Shown here: positions 52,344 to 63,907 of the stretch, piece by piece | How positions within the stretch are numbered: position 1 is the first letter of the stretch | Layout: each line of letters opens with the position of its first letter | Virus record (IMG/VR): IMGVR_UViG_3300042114_000045 | Span: 58,780-122,779 of that record | DNA: 64,000 bases | From: a virus | Direction: 5' to 3' (one strand) | Notes under the pieces: model-generated | Databases searched by the model: none | What the model saw: the letters and a program-made list of their open reading frames with translations, nothing else | What the model was told of the DNA's origin: nothing | Position numbers and translations under genes: made by a program

Positions 52344-53027
52344 ATGTTAGTCACGCTACTTCACCGTACACCACTAGCAGTAGCTTCAAAAGCTATTAGA
52401 ACTTGTTGGGACTCTGGTGATAAGTCAGATACAGATCTATCATTATTATACGCAGATTCGAGTTTAACTCCTATGTGCGGACCAAACGATAGAGCTTTAA
52501 TTGACAGAGTAGGTAACAAGTTCAAACACGCTTCAACGTTAGAGCATATAAGTTACAACTTCTATATAGAAGGAGTATCTAGAGCTCTATTACAAGAACT
52601 AGCACGACATAGAATGGCATCACCTTCAGTTAAATCTACTAGATATACACTAAAAGAGTTAAAGGATGAGGCACCATTTACTTTCATTAACGGTGCAGCT
52701 GCTTTAAAATCTAGAATGGAGAAATATTTAGTATTTACTGGTAACAGAGATATTGATGCTATTTCTATGGTAGCTTTAGAAAATGTAAGAAAACTGTTAG
52801 TTGCTGGATACGCAAATGACGTAGTAAAATATAGTCTACCAGAATCGTATAAAACTACGATTGCATGGACAGTCAATGCTCGTTCGTTACAAAACTTTCT
52901 GAAGCTACGATCATCAAAAGCAGCACTATGGGAGATAAGAGATTTAGCAAATCACTTATACTCAACACTACCAGAAGATCATAAGTATCTATTTGAAGAC
53001 TGCATAGGAGAAACAAATGTTCACTAA
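52344..53027 (+). CDS. thyX: Flavin-dependent thymidylate synthase
   Basis: HASTLEH, SRALLQELARHRMASPSVKSTRY, NARSLQNF. Confidence 0.95.
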   Translation: MLVTLLHRTPLAVASKAIRTCWDSGDKSDTDLSLLYADSSLTPMCGPNDRALIDRVGNKFKHASTLEHISYNFYIEGVSRALLQELARHRMASPSVKSTRYTLKELKDEAPFTFINGAAALKSRMEKYLVFTGNRDIDAISMVALENVRKLLVAGYANDVVKYSLPESYKTTIAWTVNARSLQNFLKLRSSKAALWEIRDLANHLYSTLPEDHKYLFEDCIGETNVH

Positions 53028-53173
53028 CATTCATAACAGATTTAGCGAGAAAAAATTTAATTTTTACGACTATACAATTGGTGCTTTAATCGGTACAGGG
53101 GCAGCTACAGGTTCTCTAATTCCTCTAGCACCTATACTTGTACTAGGTTGGTTAAGTTTCAAAGGAGTATCAA

Positions 53174-55411
53174 ATGATACAAGTAATTGAGGGTAAAGCC
53201 CATCAAATTATAAAACGTAATGGTTCAATCGAACTTTACAACCACGATAAGATGAGAAAAGTTATACTTTGGGCTTGTGAAGGTTCAAATATACTAGCAG
53301 ATGAATTACTTCAAGCAGTAGATATCAAAATTCATAACAAAATGAAGATAGAAACACTATTTGACGAAGTAATAGCTACTGCGTCTAACAAGATTTCTGA
53401 TCTATATCCAATTTGGGAGAAAGTAGCTAAGAATCTCTATGAACTCAAACTCCACAAAGAGATGGGTTTCCTAAGAGATGATTATCCTAGCTACAGCTAC
53501 ATATTCGACGCAAACGAAGAAGCTGGTCTATATCATACTTCGTGGAGAGAAATTCTAGACCTAGAAGAATTATCAGCAGCTATAGATCCATCATACGATA
53601 AACTATTCACATTCGGTGGACTTAACGTATTCGTAGATAAATACTGCAATAAATCAAAAGGTAAACTACTAGAACTTCCACAACACACTTATATGAGAGT
53701 AGCAATACAACTTATGTACAAAGACGGTACAGATGCAATTATTGAAAAATATCTTCAACTTGCAAAACACGAAGTAACAGAAGCAACGCCAAAGATGGTA
53801 AACTCGATGCGATGGAAAGCAGCACTATTTTCTTGTTGCTTAAATCGACCATCAGATTCACAAGAAGGTATCAACGAATCAATCAATATGCTATCCAAAG
53901 AGTCTAAGTACTCTGGAGGATGTGCATGGGATTCATCACTACTACGAGGTCCAGGATCTAGAGTAGAAGGCAATAATGGTTCGTCTGGTGGAGCAATTCC
54001 ATTTATTCAAGAACTACAGTGGACTGTAGGTGGTTACAATCAAGGTAACACTAGATCGTCAGCTTGTATTAACACGTTCGACGCATTCCACATTCAATCA
54101 CCTGAAATAGCTCAATTAAAACTTGAGTCTGGAAAAGATGAAGACAGAGCTAGAAAACTACAATATTCTGTTAAATGGAATAGACACTTCTCTAAAGCTG
54201 TTAAAGGAAATCAGGATATTCATCTTATGAATCCGCATAAAACTCAAGATTTATTTGAATCTTTTGGTGATAAGTGGTTAGAACTTTATAACAAGTATTT
54301 AAAAAATACTTCAATAAATAAAAGAAAATATAACGCTAGAGAGTTAGCTTTCAGGTATGCAACTACGACATTTGAGACAGGTAACCTATACTACTTCTTT
54401 TCAGACAACGCTAACGAACAAGATATTGGAGCAGGATTCATTCCAGCTTCAAATCTATGTCAAGAGATGATGATGTCTTATGACCCAATTGAATTAGTTT
54501 CTTCAGAACTTGTAGCAGGAAAAGCAGTACACATCTACAAAGGTGATATTGCTCTGTGTAACCTAGCATCTGTAAACCTAATTAAATGGTTTGTACTTTC
54601 AGATGTAGAAAAAGAACGATTAATGTATATACTTGTTAAATCTGCAGACAACGCAATTGAAAACAGCTACTATGTAAATCCTTTAGGAGAGAGGCACTCA
54701 AAAGCTCACAGAAACTTAGGAATTGGTACTTCAAACTACGCAAATCTCCTAGCTTCTCAAAAGCTATTATGGAACTCTGAAGGTGCTAGAAAACTTACAC
54801 ATGAGCTCTACGAAGAACTCAGCTACTATGCTATAAAAGCATCTATTCAGATTGCTAAAGAAACTAGTAGATGTGAAGTCTGGAAAGATACTAAGTGGGC
54901 AAAAGGCTACTTCCCTCATGAATTATCTATATTAGGTAAATCTGACAGCAGTTTAAATTATCCACTTAAGCAAAATTGGGAATACTTACGACAGCAAATG
55001 TACAAATATGGAATTAGAAACTCTCGTATTATGGCAATCGCACCAACTGCAACTTCTGGTAAAGCTATCAACGCAACAGAAGGAGTAGATGCACCTCGTA
55101 AACTAAAAACAATACAAGAAGGTACGTACTCACTACCTTTCGTAGTTCCAAACCTACGTGAAAACAGAGAGTACTACCAAACAACTTTCGAAATCGACAA
55201 TAAAGATACAATCGAACTTGCCGCTATTCGTCAGAAATTCTTGTGTATGTCCCAATCAGTTTCGTTAGGATTCAACAGCTCTAAATCAGCATACGACTTA
55301 GTGTCAGCACTCATCTACGCAGAAGAGTTAGGACTTAAAACAATATATTACACACATACACGTAAAGCAGAAGATGTAGACGTAGAAGTATGTGAGTCTT
55401 GTGGATCATAG
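53174..55411 (+). CDS. nrdA: Class I ribonucleotide reductase alpha subunit with ATP cone
   Basis: IIKRNG cone, FSCC, NLCQE, LCNL, APTATS, KTIYY, C-terminal CESC. Confidence 0.93.
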   Translation: MIQVIEGKAHQIIKRNGSIELYNHDKMRKVILWACEGSNILADELLQAVDIKIHNKMKIETLFDEVIATASNKISDLYPIWEKVAKNLYELKLHKEMGFLRDDYPSYSYIFDANEEAGLYHTSWREILDLEELSAAIDPSYDKLFTFGGLNVFVDKYCNKSKGKLLELPQHTYMRVAIQLMYKDGTDAIIEKYLQLAKHEVTEATPKMVNSMRWKAALFSCCLNRPSDSQEGINESINMLSKESKYSGGCAWDSSLLRGPGSRVEGNNGSSGGAIPFIQELQWTVGGYNQGNTRSSACINTFDAFHIQSPEIAQLKLESGKDEDRARKLQYSVKWNRHFSKAVKGNQDIHLMNPHKTQDLFESFGDKWLELYNKYLKNTSINKRKYNARELAFRYATTTFETGNLYYFFSDNANEQDIGAGFIPASNLCQEMMMSYDPIELVSSELVAGKAVHIYKGDIALCNLASVNLIKWFVLSDVEKERLMYILVKSADNAIENSYYVNPLGERHSKAHRNLGIGTSNYANLLASQKLLWNSEGARKLTHELYEELSYYAIKASIQIAKETSRCEVWKDTKWAKGYFPHELSILGKSDSSLNYPLKQNWEYLRQQMYKYGIRNSRIMAIAPTATSGKAINATEGVDAPRKLKTIQEGTYSLPFVVPNLRENREYYQTTFEIDNKDTIELAAIRQKFLCMSQSVSLGFNSSKSAYDLVSALIYAEELGLKTIYYTHTRKAEDVDVEVCESCGS

Positions 55412-55419
55412 GGGGTACC

Positions 55420-56505
55420 ATGTTAAACTTACAAATAAAACCATCAACAGAACATAAACTGTTCTTTGGTGAACAAGATTTAAAACGTATCGACTTATCA
55501 TTTGATCCAAAGTTCAAGCAACTTGCAGAAGTAGATGAAGCTAACGTTTGGTTTCTAAACGTAGTATCCTGCTCAAATGACCGATGGTCTGAATTTTCAG
55601 AGTCAGCTCTTAAGAAATTTCAATTAACCAACGGTTATCAGATGGTACTGGATTCACTCGTTCCAGAGGTATTCAGTTATCTTTCAATGGTAGCAACTGA
55701 TCCGTGGTTAAGCTATCTATACAGTAGAATTTCTACTATGGAACATACTCACGCTTTAAGCTACTCATCTGGTGTAACTCAAGCATTCGGTGCTAAAGCT
55801 ACGGAATTCCTAGATGTAGTATACTCAGACCCAATGATTCAAACAAGAATCGAAGATGAAATAGAAGTAGTTACGCAGTTTATTGCAGCAACTCAGAATT
55901 GGACAAACAACGAAGCCAATAGGAAAATTTTGTTAAAAACTCTAGTAGTTATATTTTCATTAGAAGGTATCAAATTTCCGTTTTCATTCTTCACATCGTG
56001 GACTTTAAATAAAGGCTACGGAAACTGTGCTCAAGGTATATCACAACTATTGTTGTCTATTGCACTTGATGAAATGGTAGTTCATACAGCAACTGGATCT
56101 AACGTTATTAATAAACTTAGAAAACACCCAGACTTTGTTGCAGAATTCAACACAGGTTGGTTTGATAAAATGGCTTCAGCCTACATCGATAGAGTTGTTA
56201 CAAAAGAAAAAGCTTGGGCAGACTATCTACTAGAAACTGGTGAAGAGCCTGGTTTTAACCAAGCTATTTGCCATCACTTCATTGAGTACTGGTCAGACAG
56301 AAGGAAAGTAGAAATTAAACTTAAACCTACGTTTAATGTTAAGAAAAATGACATCGAAGACTGGTTCGACGACTATCGAAACGTCAGAGATAAACAATCA
56401 GCATTACAGGAAATATCAAACATCAATTATCAATTAGGTCAGACTATAAATGATCTTAGTAGGTTTGATGAGATAGGAACAATTAGTGCAGTCAGTACCG
56501 ATTAG
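55420..56505 (+). CDS. nrdB: Class I ribonucleotide reductase beta subunit
   Basis: LDS, MEHTHALSYS, LEGIKF, DEMVVH; ATG at 55420. Confidence 0.9.
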   Translation: MLNLQIKPSTEHKLFFGEQDLKRIDLSFDPKFKQLAEVDEANVWFLNVVSCSNDRWSEFSESALKKFQLTNGYQMVLDSLVPEVFSYLSMVATDPWLSYLYSRISTMEHTHALSYSSGVTQAFGAKATEFLDVVYSDPMIQTRIEDEIEVVTQFIAATQNWTNNEANRKILLKTLVVIFSLEGIKFPFSFFTSWTLNKGYGNCAQGISQLLLSIALDEMVVHTATGSNVINKLRKHPDFVAEFNTGWFDKMASAYIDRVVTKEKAWADYLLETGEEPGFNQAICHHFIEYWSDRRKVEIKLKPTFNVKKNDIEDWFDDYRNVRDKQSALQEISNINYQLGQTINDLSRFDEIGTISAVSTD

Positions 56506-57070
56506 TGTCGGTACTCAAAAAAGGAAAACCATGAAAGATGTAACAATAGCAGAAATCGAAGCTGCTTTAATAAAAAAATTAAATGGTGCTGCAATGACAT
56601 TAAGGGAGAGCCTCATAGCAGATGAGTATGAAGTTCAAGAAATAGATAGTATGGAAGAACTCTTAAACGCTATCTTTGCATCTTTACCAGATGACGAAGA
56701 TGGTAGTGAAGCAGACGCTGAAGTACTTGAAGACCAAAATATCTATAGAGTTAAAGATGCTGAAGATGACCTTCCATCGTTCCCTACAGCACCAGCAACA
56801 GGGATTCACACTATCCTTGAACAACGAGGAAGTAGATATGGTGATTTTAATGACCATGCTAAGTTAGCACAAAACTTAAAAAATCAACTTGCAAAAGTAG
56901 GCTTTTATAAAAAAGACAAATTCAAATCAATCCACAAAGAAGCCGTAGATATGATACTCCACAAACTCGCAAGAATTGTAAACGGAGATCCAGATTACGA
57001 CGACTCTTGGGTAGACATTGCTGGCTACGCAACACTGGTAGCCGATCACATAAAAAAATCAAAGGAATAA
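56486..57070 (+). CDS. Phage protein with DUF6378-like C-terminal domain
   Basis: ILEQRGSRYGDF...HKLARIVNGDPDYDDSWVDIAGYATL. Confidence 0.65.
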   Translation: MQSVPISVGTQKRKTMKDVTIAEIEAALIKKLNGAAMTLRESLIADEYEVQEIDSMEELLNAIFASLPDDEDGSEADAEVLEDQNIYRVKDAEDDLPSFPTAPATGIHTILEQRGSRYGDFNDHAKLAQNLKNQLAKVGFYKKDKFKSIHKEAVDMILHKLARIVNGDPDYDDSWVDIAGYATLVADHIKKSKE

Positions 57071-57071
57071 C

Positions 57072-57746
57072 ATGCCTAAAAAAGCAAGTAGAACACAAGA
57101 CGTAGAAAAATACGGTGAGGGTTGGGAAAAATACGTACCTATTATGGCATCAGACGATAATCGTGAGATTGATATATTCTTCCACGACGTAATCCAAGCT
57201 CCTTGTAACTACAGCGAAGCTGTAGACACAATCAGAAGAGCTAAGAAGGGCGATGTAGTCACTCTCCATATAAACAATGGTGGTGGAGTTGTAGATTCAG
57301 CATTCATGGTCTACGATGCGTGCATTCGTTCTGAAGCAAAAATAATAGCAGAATTATCTGGTATAGTAGCGTCAGCTGCAACCATTATAACAATGGCTTG
57401 TGATGAAATCAGAGTAGCATTATTTACACAATTTATGATCCACAACTACAGTGGTGGGGCACACGGTAAAGGTCACGAGATTAAAGCGTACGTTAAGTTC
57501 TCAGATCTAGAGTTGAACAGAGCATTCAGAAAAATCTACGAAGGTTTCTTAACTGAAAAAGAAATGACTGAAGTAATCGAAGGTCAAGATATCTGGCTTA
57601 ACGAAGACGAAGTATACGCTAGATGGGCTAGAAAAAATGGTGATCAAACTGCAGTTATCCAAGACTATAAGACAAAAACTGACAGAGATGATAGACCAAA
57701 ACGTACTTATACAAAAAAAGCTACACCAAGTGTCGCAACAGTATAA
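57072..57746 (+). CDS. ClpP-like protease
   Basis: INNGGG, VASAAT, FMIHN, DIWL. Confidence 0.85.
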   Translation: MPKKASRTQDVEKYGEGWEKYVPIMASDDNREIDIFFHDVIQAPCNYSEAVDTIRRAKKGDVVTLHINNGGGVVDSAFMVYDACIRSEAKIIAELSGIVASAATIITMACDEIRVALFTQFMIHNYSGGAHGKGHEIKAYVKFSDLELNRAFRKIYEGFLTEKEMTEVIEGQDIWLNEDEVYARWARKNGDQTAVIQDYKTKTDRDDRPKRTYTKKATPSVATV

Positions 57747-59118
57747 AGTACTTGACACCAATATTATACTACTTGACGCCCATAATGTCGAAGTCTTGGC
57801 GGCTGACGGTAGTGTAATCGTTATACCAGAAATAGTAATTGATGAGCTCGATGCTAAAAAGACAACTCCTGGAGAACTTGGTTATCAAGCCAGAGAATTC
57901 GGACGTCTTATTACAAAAGCAAAAAAGAAGTGTTTAATCGTTACAAACGATATATCTCGTCACGTATATACCTACGGATCAATTACAATCGAGATAGCAT
58001 CTTCGAGCAACTATCCAGATTACAGGGATGTAAATCCTAAAATAATCAATGATAGAAAAATCATCGAAATTGCAACTCAGTATAAATCAGCTAACATAGG
58101 TAAAGTAACATTTATAACAAACGATATCAACTGTAGAATTAGAGCAGAGTCAATTAATATTGAAACGCTAGAAATTAGAGAAGTTGATAAAGTAAATTTT
58201 GAATTTGTTAAAACCTTGAATGTATCTGCTGATGACATGGGTTCATTGCATAAAAAGAATATTATAGATGTTGATCCTGACTACACAGTAGAGAACTTCA
58301 ACTATAAATTTTATTGTCAAGAATTAGACTACTTAAAATTAGGATATATTCATAATGGACTCATCAATATAATCGGTAAAGAAACAGAAACTGAGTTGCG
58401 AAGACAGAGTATACCTCCAATAAACGCAGAGCAGTTGTTCCTGTCAAGGGCAATGCAAGATCCAAATATTGAAATAGTCATTTGTGAAGCTTTATCAGGA
58501 TCTGGTAAAACAGCGGTATCCGTATCAAATGCTATGAAACTAATCGGTACAAATAATCCATATACCGAAATTCTTTATATTAGAGCGTCAATTAACGACG
58601 TAGATAAAGCGGAAGAGGTAGGATTCTTACCAGGACTAGAAACTAAATTTGAACCTTTCTTACATCCTATCAACGATGTTCTAAACTTTATTGCTAGAGA
58701 GAATAACAAAAACTCAAAGTTAAAAAGTAAAGAATTCGAAGAGATGATAAATGCGTATGTTGAAGACTTAAAAGAAAGATACAAAATCACTGCCATAACT
58801 ACGTTGGGTATGAGAGGACGTACATTTGAAAATTGTGTAGCTATCATTGATGAAGCACAAAATATGTCAAGGTCATCTATGCAAAAAGTTATCACTCGTT
58901 TCGGTAAAAACGTTAAGATAATTATAATAGGATCAAATCGTCAGATTGATAATCCGTACTTAACTAAGTACACAAATGGATTATCAACTATTTTAGAAGA
59001 CTGCACAAAAGAAGATGAGAAAGTTCGTAAGTTCGCTATAAATCTTCACAAAGTAGTCAGATCACCAATAGCTGAATGGGCAGAGCGTCTATTTAGCTCA
59101 ACAAACAAAGAGGAATAA
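57730..59118 (+). CDS. phoH: PIN-PhoH protein
   Basis: VLDTN (PIN), GSGKT, GFLPG, RGRTF, IIDEAQN, QID; probable GTG start at 57730. Confidence 0.9.
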   Translation: MSQQYKVLDTNIILLDAHNVEVLAADGSVIVIPEIVIDELDAKKTTPGELGYQAREFGRLITKAKKKCLIVTNDISRHVYTYGSITIEIASSSNYPDYRDVNPKIINDRKIIEIATQYKSANIGKVTFITNDINCRIRAESINIETLEIREVDKVNFEFVKTLNVSADDMGSLHKKNIIDVDPDYTVENFNYKFYCQELDYLKLGYIHNGLINIIGKETETELRRQSIPPINAEQLFLSRAMQDPNIEIVICEALSGSGKTAVSVSNAMKLIGTNNPYTEILYIRASINDVDKAEEVGFLPGLETKFEPFLHPINDVLNFIARENNKNSKLKSKEFEEMINAYVEDLKERYKITAITTLGMRGRTFENCVAIIDEAQNMSRSSMQKVITRFGKNVKIIIIGSNRQIDNPYLTKYTNGLSTILEDCTKEDEKVRKFAINLHKVVRSPIAEWAERLFSSTNKEE

Positions 59119-59360
59119 ATATGAAGATACTAAGACAAATTATATGGTTTTTAGCAATTGGAATTGTTTTTGCTGCAATTGGAGCAATAGCACTTTCAAC
59201 AATCGGATCTATTCTATACGCTATATATCTATGGGGCGGACTTGGTTTACCACTAAGTGCTGCTGTATGGGGCGGAGCTCAAGTTTGGATAACTATAATT
59301 GTAGTAGGAATACCAACTGCAATCGTAGCTTACCTTATAGCCTTAGCGACGGAGAGGTAG

Positions 59361-59801
59361 ATGGAAAATCCAATAAAAGCAATATATAAATGGCAAGTAG
59401 ATGCAGGTTTAACTGTATCGGGGTATGTACCAAGACTTGAGGCATCTTTTCAAATAGAAGAAGCATTAGAAGGGTTTGTTATACCAGAATTAGACGGTAA
59501 AACATTTACTAGCCATAAAGAAATCGCTAGGTATATAGTTGGTAAAGCCGTAGATTCATCAATTAAACCAATCACTGAAGTAGACGCTTTTGACAAAGCT
59601 ATAGATGCTATAGTGTTTGGAATTGGTGCAATGGCTAAACTAGGACTAACACCTCAGCAAATAACAAAAGGTTTACTAGTAGTTAATAGAGCAAACGTTC
59701 AAAAGCTAGGAATGCCTAAAGACTCATTAGGTAAACTAATTAAACCAGACAATTTCGTAGGACCAGAAGTGGAACTACAACGAATATTAAATGAGAGATA
59801 A
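59361..59801 (+). CDS. MazG-like / all-alpha NTP pyrophosphatase
   Basis: IEEALE...DKAIDAIVF...VNRANVQK...GKLIKP. Confidence 0.7.
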   Translation: MENPIKAIYKWQVDAGLTVSGYVPRLEASFQIEEALEGFVIPELDGKTFTSHKEIARYIVGKAVDSSIKPITEVDAFDKAIDAIVFGIGAMAKLGLTPQQITKGLLVVNRANVQKLGMPKDSLGKLIKPDNFVGPEVELQRILNER

Positions 59802-60253
59802 CACATGTCACTACTAATAATAGCATTTGCAACTTTCTTCGACATAATGATTATTAAGTGGAAATGGGCTAAGAAACGATACGAGGATGCAACTTTTGAC
59901 TTCCTACTATTTGTATCTCTAATAGCAATATTCCACGGGTCATTTGCTGGAATGGTAGTGGCAGCGGCAACAGCAGTAATGATTAGTATCTATTTTCTGA
60001 TATCACCACCACAGTTTTTTACAAAGGTAATCCGTGAAGCATCTAAACGCAGTAACTAAAAGTTTTCTAGCAGTAATAATACTACTGTTAGTTGTTGCTT
60101 CATTATACGTTGTATATGTATTTGCAATAGGTCTAATAATAATAGCAGTATTCTACCTCCTATACAAACTCTTTATATTAAAGGGTAAGTAATGGAACTA
60201 GGTTTTATACTTCTATTTGTTGTAGCTTTAATAGCGTATGAACATTTCTTCTT

Positions 60254-63200
60254 TCATGAAAGGTGAAATGGTCTAGCTACGTCAATCATTACATCAACAG
60301 GATCAGACCATAATGAAGCTTTTCTCAATAACGAATTTAGAGGATGAACAAATGGATCTACTGGGGTCTCAAAATCGATACCTGTAAGTCCTTGTCCACC
60401 TTCAACCAAAAACATTGTAAACGCTTTTCTTTGAGCCATTCTTAGAATAGCGGGAGCAACCCTAAAAAAATATTTAGTAAAAACTAAAAACCCAAGATCG
60501 TTTGCAAGTTTAATGTATCTATTATCTAAATAGGTGTAGTTAACGTGTAGACCATCTACATAATTCAACATACTTTGAGTTATTACTTTTTCCTTAGTAT
60601 TTTCAGCCATATCATTTAATATTATAATTTTATTTATAGCATCTGAGTACAACGTAAGTTTCATAACACTATCGTGAAATCTTGCACCTTCTCTAACATA
60701 AATAGTATCAACTAAACCTTTTAATTTTTCCCTACTTTTTTCTTTCTTAACACTATTTAACATAGCATTCACTTTACCTTCAATTATACCTTCCTTATTA
60801 AAGTACCCTAAAGCTACGTCCTCAACCATACTACTGTATTGTCCATCTTTCATAATAGCATGAACCATATTACTTTCTAACTTTTTCTCCAGACCAATAA
60901 TTAGCTTATCGTCAATTACCTCACCAGCAGTTTTTCTAACTCGTAAAGCAGCTAACTTATTCGTATCGTTATGGTAATCATTCATATAACCCCATATTTT
61001 TTTATACTGTTGCATATACACTACAGGATTTTTATTTTTTGTGTGTTGTAACGCTACTAGCATATTACTAAACATATTACCTTTTATAGTACCAACGCTC
61101 AATGCAACATTGTGCATCTTCCACGCCTTTATCATTTCCATTACAACGTCATTAATCCATTTTGCAACTATTTTTCTTTTAGTTTTATTCTTAATCCATG
61201 GTAACTCTGTAATGTTTACGTCTTTGTAACCAAAATAATCAACTAACATACTTTGCTCAACAAATATACTTCCACCAGTACTTTTCTTAATTTCATTTTT
61301 TAAATAGAATGGAATAATATCCCAGTATTCTTTTTCCTTACCTTTACTCTTCTCATTTATTTCGATAAATTTATACTTCTTATTATCTTTGTATGTTTCA
61401 TACAGTTTCTTCATATACTGTAGATTAGCTACGTTAGTAGTCATTGCCTCTTGTTTGAGGGTAAAGTTTGATACTGTCATAGCGATAGACTCTACGATGT
61501 CATCACTTGCGCCAAGGTACTTCATTTTAACATCTCTTGGTACTCTTAGTTTATAGTCATATATTCTTCCCTTACCATCTCTCTCTGGTATGAATTGACT
61601 ATTTGATTCTATACTAGCTATTGAAATAGCTTCAATCTCATCATCTAATTGATCTTCAGTTATCCCATCATTATGTTCCATTAGAATCTTTCTTAAACTA
61701 TCACCTTCACTTTTTAACTGTACAGTTTTCATCAATCCTTCAGTATATCCAGCACTAAGGTTTGTACCAATCACGGTATACATATCTTTGCCTAGTGTCA
61801 TACTAAGTGCTTCGTGTTTACCGATGTTTTTAAATCCTGCTTTTACCATATCTTTCATAGCTGCTTCGTCAACGTAGTTGTGTGTTAGTCTGTGATTAGT
61901 ACTTTGTAGACTAGCACCTTTAACCTCGTACATTCTGTCACCTCTATAGGCTTGTTTCAACATAGCATTTTCATCTGTTTGTTTTAGCACAAGAACTCTA
62001 TTTATACCGTTAACGTTTTCTTCTATAGCTTTCGCTGCTAAGTCTTTATCTATATCACTTATGTTACTTATCGCTATAAGAGTTGCTGCTTTATCAATGT
62101 TATTAATTACTTCGTTATCAACTGTTCCCATTATACTTACAGCAATTTGAGTAGCGTTATTATAACCATTATGCATAGTAGTTTCGTTGTTTGCCAGCAA
62201 CATACCAAGACTTGTAACTGCTGTTCTAGTTGCAGGACTTAACGTACTCATTATATCTGCCAACTCTGATTCTACTTTTTCTTTATTTCTAAGGTAGCTC
62301 CATATAACACTCGCGTCACCAAGTACTTTAGCATCAGTATCAATCAGTACCCGTTTAGCTGCTGCTCGTAGTCCTTTATCCATTTTATTAAACCCATAAG
62401 TTTCATCTAATACTTTAACTGTTGACTTCTTCATAGTATTTACTTCTTTATCTACGAATGCTTTACCTTGTCTTAGTAGTTCATAAAATCTAGCTATGTC
62501 TTTATTATCTGTATTTCTAGTTAAACTGTTAAAGAAGTTATTTCGTAAAGCCCAGTCTTTTAGTCTTGCTAATCCGTGTATCTTCCATACAGCATCAATA
62601 GCATTACCGACTTTATCATTTTCTTTAGCTGTTAAGTAATCAACATAACTGTGTTGTTCTTTCTCAATAGCACCAGTTATTTTAGCAACCTTTTGGTCTA
62701 AGTCATTAACTTTATTTAATATCTTTTCTATTCTACCTTCTTCAGCTTTAGCATCAGAAGTATATCCTATATCAAGTGCTTTAGCTAGTAAATCCATAGC
62801 TACGTCAGATGCCATTTTACCACCAAACTCCTTAGAGTTGAATACACTACTAAGTATCTTGATAATATTATTCCATATCTTAGTCCAAGCACCAGTTTGT
62901 TTAACAGGCTCCATAAATGTTATACCTGCACCACCTGGAATCTTTGACATACTTTTCATTACTCTTTCATTAGTAGTGGCAAATGCCAAGAACTCATCTG
63001 CAGGAGCAGTAGACTTATCGAACATATAATCCCATAAATCTTTAGCATAGTCTACATCATCTTGTGTTACGTTTTCAATACCATCTAAGAATAGTCTATA
63101 CCCTTCACCATTATGAAGATTTGATAATTCTGTTTTCATAGCAGTTCTTAACTCTTCAATACTAGCTCTTAACCAAGGTGCTACTTTAATAGCAGAAGCT

Positions 63201-63907
63201 ACCATAACGTGTTCAACTTCATGAGCTAATACTTCAGTAGCTGTTCTATGTCTTGTGTTACTGAGTATCAGTTTAACTTTACCTTCTTCAACATTTGCAG
63301 TACCTCTTGTACTAGTTATATTGTTCAAGTCTCTTAACATACTTACTGTTATATTAACATCTTTACCAGCGTTCATTAGAGTAGTCTTATAAGCACTAAA
63401 CACTTTGTCTAAATGACTTTTATGTGTACTACTAAGTGCATTACCATCTTCATTATTAACAATTTCAACATAGTCATCTAAGTTTTGAACTACAGTACCT
63501 GCTAATTCCTTAAACTTAATAGTATTCTCTGAATCTACGTCATTCTCACTACCAAACTCAATATGAAAAGATCCATCAGCAGTAACACCATTTGCTATAT
63601 CAACTTTATACTTACCGTCATTTATACTAACAAATCTTGGGTCTATCATACGCGCATTCTTAACAACTACGTTCTCAAATGAAAAGCCATCTATAGGCTC
63701 TACAGTAATAGTCTTACCTACTAAACTATCTACGCTGTATCCGATAAACCTATCTGGAATAGCATACTTGCCAGTAGCTTTAGCTCTATTAATAGCAGCT
63801 TTTAGTCGTTTACCGTTTTCAATAAACGCATTAGCTCTGTCAATTCTACCAATATCATCAACATTATCTTCAACAAATTTCTCGTATTTTACTTCACATA
63901 TACCCAT
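60254..63907 (-). CDS. Large putative virion/internal protein with an HExxH motif
   Basis: 1217 aa at the strand switch; VLAHEVEH ... DEFLA is a zincin-like motif. Confidence 0.55.
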   Translation of the reverse strand: MGICEVKYEKFVEDNVDDIGRIDRANAFIENGKRLKAAINRAKATGKYAIPDRFIGYSVDSLVGKTITVEPIDGFSFENVVVKNARMIDPRFVSINDGKYKVDIANGVTADGSFHIEFGSENDVDSENTIKFKELAGTVVQNLDDYVEIVNNEDGNALSSTHKSHLDKVFSAYKTTLMNAGKDVNITVSMLRDLNNITSTRGTANVEEGKVKLILSNTRHRTATEVLAHEVEHVMVASAIKVAPWLRASIEELRTAMKTELSNLHNGEGYRLFLDGIENVTQDDVDYAKDLWDYMFDKSTAPADEFLAFATTNERVMKSMSKIPGGAGITFMEPVKQTGAWTKIWNNIIKILSSVFNSKEFGGKMASDVAMDLLAKALDIGYTSDAKAEEGRIEKILNKVNDLDQKVAKITGAIEKEQHSYVDYLTAKENDKVGNAIDAVWKIHGLARLKDWALRNNFFNSLTRNTDNKDIARFYELLRQGKAFVDKEVNTMKKSTVKVLDETYGFNKMDKGLRAAAKRVLIDTDAKVLGDASVIWSYLRNKEKVESELADIMSTLSPATRTAVTSLGMLLANNETTMHNGYNNATQIAVSIMGTVDNEVINNIDKAATLIAISNISDIDKDLAAKAIEENVNGINRVLVLKQTDENAMLKQAYRGDRMYEVKGASLQSTNHRLTHNYVDEAAMKDMVKAGFKNIGKHEALSMTLGKDMYTVIGTNLSAGYTEGLMKTVQLKSEGDSLRKILMEHNDGITEDQLDDEIEAISIASIESNSQFIPERDGKGRIYDYKLRVPRDVKMKYLGASDDIVESIAMTVSNFTLKQEAMTTNVANLQYMKKLYETYKDNKKYKFIEINEKSKGKEKEYWDIIPFYLKNEIKKSTGGSIFVEQSMLVDYFGYKDVNITELPWIKNKTKRKIVAKWINDVVMEMIKAWKMHNVALSVGTIKGNMFSNMLVALQHTKNKNPVVYMQQYKKIWGYMNDYHNDTNKLAALRVRKTAGEVIDDKLIIGLEKKLESNMVHAIMKDGQYSSMVEDVALGYFNKEGIIEGKVNAMLNSVKKEKSREKLKGLVDTIYVREGARFHDSVMKLTLYSDAINKIIILNDMAENTKEKVITQSMLNYVDGLHVNYTYLDNRYIKLANDLGFLVFTKYFFRVAPAILRMAQRKAFTMFLVEGGQGLTGIDFETPVDPFVHPLNSLLRKASLWSDPVDVMIDVARPFHLS

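Noticed and set aside
579-58895. Numerous short minus-strand ORFs in the track
   Set aside because: They are antisense shadows of well-supported plus-strand genes or RNAs, with no motifs of their own.
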